Source: Leptospirales bacterium (GTDB lineage Bacteria; Spirochaetota; Leptospiria; Turneriellales; JAOUFE01). From it: a stretch of DNA of 13,984 nucleotides. The stretch lies in assembly GCA_040326155.1 (NCBI GenBank), contig JBEQLE010000093.1, positions 1-13,984 on the forward strand, given 5' to 3'. A program made the translations under genes and the position numbers. Below, piece by piece: positions 7,460 through 13,984 of this stretch. The notes beneath the pieces are model-generated. The model was not told the origin of the DNA and made no database searches. It saw only the letters and a list, made by a program, of their open reading frames with translations. Each line of letters begins with the position of its first letter. The stretch's first letter is position 1.

Positions 7460-7864
7460 CTACTTCCATGTATTTGATCCATCCGTGTAAAATTCTTTTT
7501 TCCAGACCGGGGTTTGCGCCTTAATTGTATCGAGAATAAAACGATTGGCCTCATATGCCTCTTTTCGGTGAGCCGAGGCTGTAATTATAACCACTGAAGC
7601 TTCTCCAATGTTGACACGACCAACTCTGTGCATGGCAGAAGCATGTGTTAAATTCCATTTGTTTTTAGCACCAACGACTATTTCCTCCATACTTTTTTCA
7701 GCCATCGGTTTTTGCACTTCATACTCCAGGTAAGAGACACCCTTTCCATTATGGACATTTCGTGTTTTACCAATAAAAATGACTAACCCCCCGATTTCAG
7801 AAGAGTCTGCTTCAGAAATTAAGGCGTCCAAATCGATAGATTTTTCTGTTATATACAAAATCAT
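7460..7864 (-). CDS. moaE: Molybdopterin synthase catalytic subunit
   Basis: GGLVIFIGKTRN, YLEYE, HRVGRVNIGEASV, SAHRKEAYEA, PVWKKE. ATGA overlap with the moaD stop. Confidence 0.95.
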   Translation of the reverse strand: MILYITEKSIDLDALISEADSSEIGGLVIFIGKTRNVHNGKGVSYLEYEVQKPMAEKSMEEIVVGAKNKWNLTHASAMHRVGRVNIGEASVVIITASAHRKEAYEANRFILDTIKAQTPVWKKEFYTDGSNTWK

Positions 7865-8103
7865 CCTCCACTAGAAGGCGGTAAAATATAAATTTTGTCG
7901 TGGTCCGACAAACGATAATCCCTACCTATAATATTTTCATTCACTGCCACCCGACATATTTGCAAAAGTTTTTCAGAGGCAGGATTTTTTTCTACCAAAG
8001 TTGCGACAAGGTCGGCCACGCATCCGCCGGGTGTTAATACAACTTCCATTTGTGCTTCAAAATAATCTTTCAAAGCGGCGTAATTGTGAACCAGAACATT
8101 CAT
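7861..8103 (-). CDS. moaD: Molybdopterin synthase sulfur carrier subunit
   Basis: Likely start is ATG 8103 (GGAGGT SD within the end of moaA), giving 80 aa: MNVLVHNYAALKD...VAVNE...ILPPSSGG with the C-terminal di-glycine. Confidence 0.92.
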   Translation of the reverse strand: MNVLVHNYAALKDYFEAQMEVVLTPGGCVADLVATLVEKNPASEKLLQICRVAVNENIIGRDYRLSDHDKIYILPPSSGG

Positions 8104-8104
8104 A

Positions 8105-9097
8105 TTAACCTCCAATCGAACGCATGTCAGGACCGATTCCCCCGAAATATTTGGAATTTTTTTGCAACATTGCAGTTTCCAGCAGTTCACCATATTTTGC
8201 AGGCGCAACGCCTCCAGTAGAAATCGATTCGGTTGCTCCAATGCATCCGTAAAGAGAACCACCGCTGTCCATTCTTAATCGGTCACACTTTTCACAAAAC
8301 GGACTTGATGTGTTTGCAATAAACCCGAATTGATACCCTTGTTCCGTAATCCATTTTTCGCAGGTTTCATTGCCATCTGTTCCAATTTTTTTTATATCAA
8401 ACTGAGACTGTATCTTTTGCAAGGCAACTGCCATAGGTAAAAACAGATCGGTGTCTGCGGAAATAGCGTTCATAAATTCCAGAAACCGAATTTCAATATT
8501 GTTTGCTGAGGCATATTCAAAAAGCGGTAGAATCTCAGTTTCATTCATTCCTTTTAAAAGTACGGCGTTTACCTTTACGGTTAATCCGGCTTCCTGGGCG
8601 TCGGCTATTCCCTTTAAAACAGATTTCAACTTGTCTGTTCCAGTAATCGTATTATATCTTTTCGAATCTATTGCATCCAAAGAAACATTCACTCCGCTCA
8701 GGCCAGCATGTTTTAAACGATATGCAAATTTTGCCAGGTCAGCTCCATTTGTCGTCATATGAACTTCAGAAATTCCAAACGATTTTATCTCAGATACACA
8801 ATCTACAATGCCAGGAATAAGCAATGGCTCCCCGCCGGTTATCCGAATTTTTCTGAAATGATTTTGCTTATGCAAATATTTTACTCTCAACAGTAACTCT
8901 CGAATTGAAATCCGCTTGTCTGTTTTATCTTGCTTTTGGGATATATTTTTCGCTTCCGGCTCAGTACAATATATACAATTAAAATTACATTTTCGGGTAA
9001 GGCTCAAGCGCAATACATTAAAACGTTTTTGCCCGGTCGTTTGTAAATCGAGCGTTTGTAAACCGGGCTTTTGCAATGTAGAGGTTTCCTTTACCAT
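8105..9097 (-). CDS. moaA: GTP 3',8-cyclase (radical SAM)
   Basis: LRLSLTRKCNFNCIYC (CX3CX2C), RITGGEPL, TTNG, NVSLD, RFLEFM, FCEKCDRLR...GC auxiliary cluster, C-terminal MRSIGG. Confidence 0.95.
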   Translation of the reverse strand: MVKETSTLQKPGLQTLDLQTTGQKRFNVLRLSLTRKCNFNCIYCTEPEAKNISQKQDKTDKRISIRELLLRVKYLHKQNHFRKIRITGGEPLLIPGIVDCVSEIKSFGISEVHMTTNGADLAKFAYRLKHAGLSGVNVSLDAIDSKRYNTITGTDKLKSVLKGIADAQEAGLTVKVNAVLLKGMNETEILPLFEYASANNIEIRFLEFMNAISADTDLFLPMAVALQKIQSQFDIKKIGTDGNETCEKWITEQGYQFGFIANTSSPFCEKCDRLRMDSGGSLYGCIGATESISTGGVAPAKYGELLETAMLQKNSKYFGGIGPDMRSIGG

Positions 9098-10278
9098 GGT
9101 AAAAACTCCACCGTATCGCCAACCAAAAGTTCTCTGTTTTCCACTTCGTGCAGAGCCACACCGTCAGTTTCGGGCATAGCAAGCAGGTCGCCAGATCCTT
9201 TATGAGGGCGAGTTGTAACGGTAATCTGGTTGTTCCTGGTATCCGCTTTTACAGGAAAATACTCGGGACGATCCCCTCGTAGAGTTCGCTGCGTTTGCAG
9301 GTTGGCGCGAACCGGTTCCGAGAAAGAACGACATGACCTTTTTTTCAAGTAAGGCTCAACAAAAATTTTAAACCCGACCGATACAGAGAATGGATTTCCT
9401 GGCAGTCCAAAAACGGCTTTTTCCCCTTTGACTCCAAACCAGATTGGTTTTCCCGGTTTCATTTTTACTTTATGAAAGACTTGTTTCACTCCGGCGGCTT
9501 CCAGGGAAGAAGGTACGTAATCGGTATCTCCCATAGAGACGCCCCCACTCATTAAAACTACATCATATTCGAGAGCCTTTTGAATAGCCAGATCGAGGCT
9601 CTGTTTGTCATCGGCCACTATAGAATAATAAGAAGGTTCAATACCAATAGATTGCAGACCATACAATAAGGAGTAATAATTTACATCGCGAATTTGTGTG
9701 GGTTTTGGTTCCTGATCAATCGGAATAATTTCAGACCCGGTAGAAATTATGGCTACGGTAGGTAGATTATAAACCGAGACAACAGATTTTCCTGTGGCCG
9801 CCAAAGCAGTAATCGAACGTATATCCAAAACACTGTTTTTTTGTATTATTATATCTTCAGCTGAGGCGATAACCCCTTTTGTATCAATGTTATGCCATTT
9901 TTCAGGATTCTTGTCAGGAATTGTAATACCGTCTTGCGACTCAATACAATCTTCTACTTTGAATAGAACATCCCAGGGTGCCGGCAAGGAGGCACCGGTC
10001 ATAATTTTAACACAATCTCCGCCGGTGGGTGCGTTTTCATCAAAATCGCCAGCGAGTATCGTTCCAGATGGGGAAAAACTCACCTGTCCCTTTTGAAGAT
10101 CGGAAAGACGCACAGCGTAACCATCCACACAGGCCCGATGAAAAGGAGGATAGTCCCGGTCAGCACAAATATCTTCCGCCAGTGTAAAACCACGAGCTTC
10201 GCCAAGTTTTAATTTTCGGATCTCTGGTTCAGGAACCGATTGTAATACAAGCTCAAGAGCTTCTTTTATAGTTACCAT
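9091..10278 (-). CDS. moeA: Molybdopterin molybdenumtransferase
   Basis: Likely start is ATG 10278 (AAGGAG SD), giving 395 aa. Motifs: PPFHRACVDGYA, IMTGA, STGSE, SGGVSMGD, KPGKP, GLPGNP. Confidence 0.95.
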   Translation of the reverse strand: MVTIKEALELVLQSVPEPEIRKLKLGEARGFTLAEDICADRDYPPFHRACVDGYAVRLSDLQKGQVSFSPSGTILAGDFDENAPTGGDCVKIMTGASLPAPWDVLFKVEDCIESQDGITIPDKNPEKWHNIDTKGVIASAEDIIIQKNSVLDIRSITALAATGKSVVSVYNLPTVAIISTGSEIIPIDQEPKPTQIRDVNYYSLLYGLQSIGIEPSYYSIVADDKQSLDLAIQKALEYDVVLMSGGVSMGDTDYVPSSLEAAGVKQVFHKVKMKPGKPIWFGVKGEKAVFGLPGNPFSVSVGFKIFVEPYLKKRSCRSFSEPVRANLQTQRTLRGDRPEYFPVKADTRNNQITVTTRPHKGSGDLLAMPETDGVALHEVENRELLVGDTVEFLPW

Positions 10279-10281
10279 TTC

Positions 10282-10374
10282 ACTCCTTTGCAAGTTCGGC
10301 AGGCTTGAAGGTTTCCCCGCAAACCCTATCGTTTTACAAACCATGGTTTCACTTTAGGTTTGCAAAATCGGAGT
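10282..10374 (-). ncRNA. Moco-family riboswitch (molybdenum/tungsten cofactor), P3-less variant
   Basis: The - strand reads ACTCCGA TTTTGCAAAC CTAAAGTGAAACCATG GTTTGTAAAA CGAT AGGGTTTGCGGG GAAA CCTTCAAGCCT GCCGAACTTGCAAA GGAGT. P1 ACUCC/GGAGU sequesters the SD. P2 carries a CCUAA..AUGG tetraloop-receptor-like motif, P4 has a GAAA loop, and P5 is UGC/GCA. It lies directly upstream of moeA. Confidence 0.88.
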
Positions 10375-10379
10375 TTTTT

Positions 10380-10410
10380 AATATTTACTTAAAACTAAAT
10401 ATTTTGTCAA
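10380..10410 (-). promoter_or_regulatory. Promoter of the moeA operon with overlapping inverted repeat
   Basis: Perfect TTGACA (10410-10405), 17-nt spacer, weak -10 TAAATA (10387-10382). The predicted start falls at the riboswitch 5' end. AATATTTA-N8-TAAATATT spans 10380-10403. Confidence 0.55.
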
Positions 10411-10422
10411 CCTCTTTTGAAA

Positions 10423-10842
10423 TCAATGTCCGGTAGATACGCCAAAGGCCGCAGCTAGAAAAATCAAAAGTTGTACAAACACAAGCGTCGCAAAAATATG
10501 ATTCTTGCTTTTTAAATACGAAAAAAATATGACAAAATAAGTAGAAAAACTGATTATAGCCAAAACTACAATCCCTGAAAAACTTATTATATCGCCATAC
10601 TGTAAATTATGAATCCAGTTCCAGCCGGTCGGAACCGAAGACTGGGCCGCATATTCACTTGCCCTTAATTTCAACAGCTCTGCAGTTTTTTCAATAGGTA
10701 TTCGATTTGGTAAAAGTTCAAAAATATAGACTAAAAAGGAAGCAGTTAAAAAGACAAACCCAATGTACAAAAATATACGTAGGACTTTTGAATAAAGATT
10801 CCTCTCTTCATGCCCTTTTTCGTTGTCCCAATCGCGTTTCAT
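10423..10842 (-). CDS. Small membrane protein, DUF1634-like partner of TauE
   Basis: Likely start is ATG 10842 (TAATG overlap with the TauE stop), giving 139 aa with three hydrophobic segments and a PTGWNW...GD motif seen in proteins encoded beside this TauE subfamily. Confidence 0.7.
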   Translation of the reverse strand: MKRDWDNEKGHEERNLYSKVLRIFLYIGFVFLTASFLVYIFELLPNRIPIEKTAELLKLRASEYAAQSSVPTGWNWIHNLQYGDIISFSGIVVLAIISFSTYFVIFFSYLKSKNHIFATLVFVQLLIFLAAAFGVSTGH

Positions 10843-11813
10843 TACCAAACTCCCAACCCTTTCAATAAAGATCGTATTCCAGTCAGCCCTAAAAGTATAA
10901 TAACTCCCCATTTTATAAGGCCGGGTTTCGTTTTTTCTAATACCTTTACACCAATTCGTGTTCCAATCATCATTCCTGCCATGGAAGGAACGACAATAAG
11001 CGGTATAATGGCCGAATTATTTAAGTAAACCCAGGCCGCCGTGGTGTCGGTAAGAGAGAGTATAAATATGCTGGTACCCACTGCTATTTTCAACGGCGCG
11101 CCTAAGACCAGGTTTAAAACCGGTACATTCGCCCAGCCCGCACCCAGACCAAACATGCCCGCCAGAAAACCAATAATAACAAAAAGAAACATGGCCGGTA
11201 TCACTCGATGCACTTTCCAGGCGACGTTTTTACCTGTGGACTCTTCTAAATATGTTCCGCCAATACCAAGTTTTTTGCCAAGTGAATCTTCTTTGGCAAC
11301 ATGAGGAAATTCAGATTTTTTTGCCAACAGTAATATAAAAACAATTCCAACGATAATAATACCAAGAAAAATCTGCACTAAATGAGCGGGTAGTTGAAGA
11401 CCAATTTTGGCACCCACAATAGAACTTGCTGAGGCAATTAAAGCCATGGGAATCGCCAGGCGCAAATTTGCCAGGCCCTTTTTTAACAACGCAGGGCTTG
11501 CCGATAAAGCTCCGGCAAGAGCGACCATTAAACCAGCTCCGCGAACAAAATCTATACCAATCGGAAAAAACCCGGAAACAATAGGCACAAACAATACTCC
11601 TCCGCCAATTCCCGCAGCAATGGCAACGATTCCGAGTATAAAAGTAAATACAAATAGAGTAAGTGGTAATATCCACCAGGCTTTATCTGTACCAGCCACT
11701 TCATTCGTCAATTGGGTAACATCAGAAGCGTCTACAGCAAAAAGAGAAAATATACCGACAGAAAAAGCAGCCAGGCAAACGATTATAAATATTTTAAAAC
11801 GAAAAATTCTCAC
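10842..11813 (-). CDS. TauE/SafE family (TSUP) sulfite/sulfur-compound transporter
   Basis: 323 aa polytopic membrane protein with duplicated family motifs GIGGGVLFVP and GLGAGWANVP, plus AVGTS. GTG start overlaps the dsrH stop (GTGA). Confidence 0.88.
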   Translation of the reverse strand: MRIFRFKIFIIVCLAAFSVGIFSLFAVDASDVTQLTNEVAGTDKAWWILPLTLFVFTFILGIVAIAAGIGGGVLFVPIVSGFFPIGIDFVRGAGLMVALAGALSASPALLKKGLANLRLAIPMALIASASSIVGAKIGLQLPAHLVQIFLGIIIVGIVFILLLAKKSEFPHVAKEDSLGKKLGIGGTYLEESTGKNVAWKVHRVIPAMFLFVIIGFLAGMFGLGAGWANVPVLNLVLGAPLKIAVGTSIFILSLTDTTAAWVYLNNSAIIPLIVVPSMAGMMIGTRIGVKVLEKTKPGLIKWGVIILLGLTGIRSLLKGLGVW

Positions 11814-12103
11814 AGCCAGGTATTAACTATATTTGCGGATACCAAATCAACAAATTTTCCATAATCGGCTATTTCTACACCGGGAATAAGTTTTTCAATA
11901 CCTCTGGCTTTTACATCAGCGCTTATTGCAAACACAGAGCTCTTTTCAGCCAGTTCTAAAATGATTTTTTCATAAGTTGTGCCAGCCATCGCAGCATAAA
12001 CTCCGTCTTCAAGTAGGAGCACACTCTCGCCATCTTTTATAAAACGCAAAGCGGTATCAAGTGAGCTGGAACTAAATGGTGATTTATTTATAGTGTGTAA
12101 CAT
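11810..12103 (-). CDS. dsrH: DsrH subunit of the DsrEFH sulfurtransferase
   Basis: MLHTINKSPF, LLLEDGVYAA, DVKARG, DYGKFVDL, C-terminal WL. GAGGA SD. Confidence 0.93.
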   Translation of the reverse strand: MLHTINKSPFSSSSLDTALRFIKDGESVLLLEDGVYAAMAGTTYEKIILELAEKSSVFAISADVKARGIEKLIPGVEIADYGKFVDLVSANIVNTWL

Positions 12104-12121
12104 TCTTATTCCTCTTGTCGA

Positions 12122-12505
12122 TTAAAAAGGGAAAATAGCTTCTTGTTCGTTCATCAAACGATTAGCTTCATTAGAATCAATGACATCAACATCAACAATC
12201 AAGTCATCACTGGTTAAACCACGCTCATCAAGAGAGGTTTTATCCACATACAGTTTTTCTATGTCATACCCTTCGAGGGTCCGGTAGGTTTTTACGAAAC
12301 CTTTAATTCCAAGTTCTGACGTATCCTGGTTTTTCAGCAAAGCCAAAATACCATCGCCAACAAAAAGCAAAGTTATATCCTGCTCATAAGCGCCTGTAAT
12401 TAAAATAAACTCCAACCCTTCATACGGATAAATTGTGCCGTGGGGGGCCTTCTGCATAATAAACATTATCTTTTTAATTTTTTCTTCAGTTTGTTCTTCA
12501 GACAT
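12122..12505 (-). CDS. dsrF: DsrF subunit of the DsrEFH sulfurtransferase
   Basis: KAPHGTIYPYEGLE, FVGDG, QDT...K.F..TYRTL..YD, SLDERGL. Confidence 0.93.
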   Translation of the reverse strand: MSEEQTEEKIKKIMFIMQKAPHGTIYPYEGLEFILITGAYEQDITLLFVGDGILALLKNQDTSELGIKGFVKTYRTLEGYDIEKLYVDKTSLDERGLTSDDLIVDVDVIDSNEANRLMNEQEAIFPF

Positions 12506-12513
12506 TTTTCCCC

Positions 12514-12870
12514 CTAAGCTCCGAATGTAATAATACGGTCAGCTTCTATGGTCATATCCACCAGCTGCCCGAGTCCGGAAATTCTCATATTGTCGTTTAA
12601 ATTCTCTTCGGTAATGCCCCGTCTTTTAGCGGCAGCAATACACACAACAATATCTATCCCTTTACTGCCAAGTTCTGACCACCGTTTACCAACATGGCGG
12701 TCATCCGTTGGAGGGTCCATCAACTTAGAAGCATTTATTACACCGTCATTGTAAAAAAAGACACCAATAATTTCATGGCCCTTTTCAAGAGCAGCCACGG
12801 TAAAATTATAAGCGCTATCTGAGGCCTCATGGTTATAAGGCCCATCTTGTAATAAAATTGCAAACTTCAT
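12514..12870 (-). CDS. dsrE: DsrE subunit of the DsrEFH sulfurtransferase
   Basis: Likely start is ATG 12870, giving 118 aa. MKFAIL..GPYNHEASDSAY, VFFYNDGV, PP.DDRH, VVCIAAAKRRG (active-site Cys77), ISGLGQL. Confidence 0.95.
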   Translation of the reverse strand: MKFAILLQDGPYNHEASDSAYNFTVAALEKGHEIIGVFFYNDGVINASKLMDPPTDDRHVGKRWSELGSKGIDIVVCIAAAKRRGITEENLNDNMRISGLGQLVDMTIEADRIITFGA

Positions 12871-12877
12871 AACACCC

Positions 12878-13387
12878 TTACATAAATAGATTGATGTCAG
12901 AGTCAGCGGCTTCTTCAAGCATAGTCGCTGCGCCTGCAAAGTCAATGCCGTCTATAAAGTCTTCTTTCTTGAAGCCAAATACGTCCATAGTCATCTGGCA
13001 TGCAATCAATCGAACGCCAGACTCTAAAGCCATATCTCGCAGAGTTTCAACCGTTGCAACTCCCTTCTTTTTGAAAGTTTTCTTCATCATGCTGGTAGCA
13101 AAACGATTGAAAAAAGGCACATTGTTAGCCACCATGTTTGGAATGGGCCAGTTCAAACCCTGGAACCATTTTGGCCCAAAGGGCATTTTCATCGGCATCG
13201 CCGGGTTTGCTCCCGGGCTTATTTGAAAACCTGGTTTTTTCAACAATATTTTTAGACCATAAAATGTAAAAAATATCGTCACGTCCATGTCCAACGCTGC
13301 GGCAGTCGAGCCTAAAATTACCGGTGGGTAAGCCCAGTCAAGAGTACCCTGTGATGCAACCATTACAACTTTTGTTTGTTTAGCCAT
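12878..13387 (-). CDS. dsrE2: DsrE2-type sulfur carrier protein
   Basis: GTLDWAYPP, STAAAL, FFTFYGL, NPAMPM, KGVA, IACQMT (conserved Cys). Lies directly behind tusA, as in sulfur oxidisers. Confidence 0.9.
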   Translation of the reverse strand: MAKQTKVVMVASQGTLDWAYPPVILGSTAAALDMDVTIFFTFYGLKILLKKPGFQISPGANPAMPMKMPFGPKWFQGLNWPIPNMVANNVPFFNRFATSMMKKTFKKKGVATVETLRDMALESGVRLIACQMTMDVFGFKKEDFIDGIDFAGAATMLEEAADSDINLFM

Positions 13388-13399
13388 TATAAAACCTCG

Positions 13400-13633
13400 T
13401 TACTTCTTTTTAATAAAATAGACAAATTCGCCATCGTTTTCTTCACGATCGACAATTTCGTTGCCCGTACGACGCGCCCACGAGTCCATATCGTTTACTG
13501 AGCCAGGGTCGGTCGCAATTACTTTCAAAATTTGACCTTTGGTCATTCCATCGATTGTTTTTTTCGTTTTCAAAACAGGAAGGGGACAGTTCATTCCCCG
13601 AGCATCAAGTACTTCATTTTCAGTTACACTCAT
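13400..13633 (-). CDS. tusA: TusA sulfur carrier protein
   Basis: Likely start is ATG 13633 (GGAGG SD at 13645-13641), giving 77 aa. LDARGMNCPLP (CPxP), ATDPGS. Confidence 0.95.
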   Translation of the reverse strand: MSVTENEVLDARGMNCPLPVLKTKKTIDGMTKGQILKVIATDPGSVNDMDSWARRTGNEIVDREENDGEFVYFIKKK

Positions 13634-13669
13634 AGTCAATCCTCCAATTCATTACAGTATATTAAGTTA

Positions 13670-13701
13670 TTACAATATTGTAAAGTGTTTTTTTACGTCA
13701 A
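13670..13701 (-). promoter_or_regulatory. Promoter of the tusA operon with palindrome over the -10
   Basis: TTGACG (13701-13696), 18-nt spacer, TATTGT (13677-13672). Perfect palindrome TTACAATATTGTAA at 13670-13683. Confidence 0.55.
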
Positions 13702-13728
13702 GGTTTTTTTGCCTATAGGTGTGCTTTT

Positions 13729-13757
13729 TTTACACAACTTGTATGGCATTTTATAAG
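13729..13757 (+). promoter_or_regulatory. Candidate sigma70 promoter divergent from tusA
   Basis: TTTACA (13729-13734), 17-nt spacer, TATAAG (13752-13757). The predicted start is just before the structured element. Confidence 0.4.
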
Positions 13758-13766
13758 AATAAAAGT

Positions 13767-13984
13767 AATGCGGGGGCAAGTCTGCCCCCTGACTCTGGCT
13801 TTTCAACTGAAAGAGCCGACGTCACCCCCGACGTATTTAATTTCCGGCTTACCGCCGGAGGGTGTCACTTTTCTTTTGCCAACAAAAGAAAAGTAACCAA
13901 AAGAAAATTGCCAAGCCGGCATCGCCCTCCTGGCGATGGGGCTTGGATAAGCTCGGCCCTCGTGGCCTCGTACTGAACGGGGGG
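13767..13984. repeat. GC-rich multi-hairpin element (REP/MITE-like repeat or structured ncRNA), probably continuing beyond the window
   Basis: Consecutive hairpins: GGGGGCA/TGCCCCC (13772-13789), GGCTTTTC/GAAAGAGCC (13797-13817), TCCGGC/GCCGGA (13843-13859), ACTTTTCTTTTG/CAAAAGAAAAGT (13867-13894), CCAAGCC..CATCGCC/GGCGATG..GGCTTGG (13911-13946). Confidence 0.6.

Noticed and set aside
8104..8262. N-terminal extensions given by the ORF track for moaD (also moeA 10344, DUF1634 10911, dsrE 12945, tusA 13639, dsrA 1505)
   Set aside because: Downstream ATGs have SD sites or stop-start overlaps and match family lengths; most extensions overlap upstream genes or the riboswitch.
11810..12870. tusDCB for tRNA 2-thiolation
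   Set aside because: Motifs (GPYNHEASDSAY, PP.DDRH, KAPHGTIY) and context fit DsrEFH of sulfur oxidisers rather than TusBCD.
13719..13976. 85-aa + strand ORF; also tRNA, tmRNA or fluoride/c-di-GMP riboswitch calls for this region
   Set aside because: The translation is what the hairpin repeat would produce and has no SD. I could not find a T-loop, tmRNA termini or the conserved cores of those riboswitches.

Overview
Bacterial window dominated by a reverse (sulfur-oxidising) dissimilatory sulfite reductase locus in an unusual arrangement. On the + strand are an outer-membrane beta-barrel gene, dsrA-dsrB-dsrL and a class III adenylate cyclase. Converging on them from the - strand are tusA-dsrE2-dsrE-dsrF-dsrH-TauE-DUF1634-like, then moeA-moaA-moaD-moaE behind a clear Moco-family riboswitch that lacks P3. 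The 5' end of a rhodanese-like gene, missed by the ORF track, runs off the left edge behind a near-consensus sigma70 promoter overlaid by a perfect 28-bp palindrome. A GC-rich multi-hairpin repeat or ncRNA-like element runs off the right edge. dsrC, dsrMKJOP, dsrN and dsrD are not in the window. By my recollection of the families, DsrAB look like the proteobacterial oxidative type, DsrL looks like the Chlorobi DsrL-1B type, and the flanking genes look spirochaete (Leptospirales)-like. These affiliations come from motif memory, not database searches.
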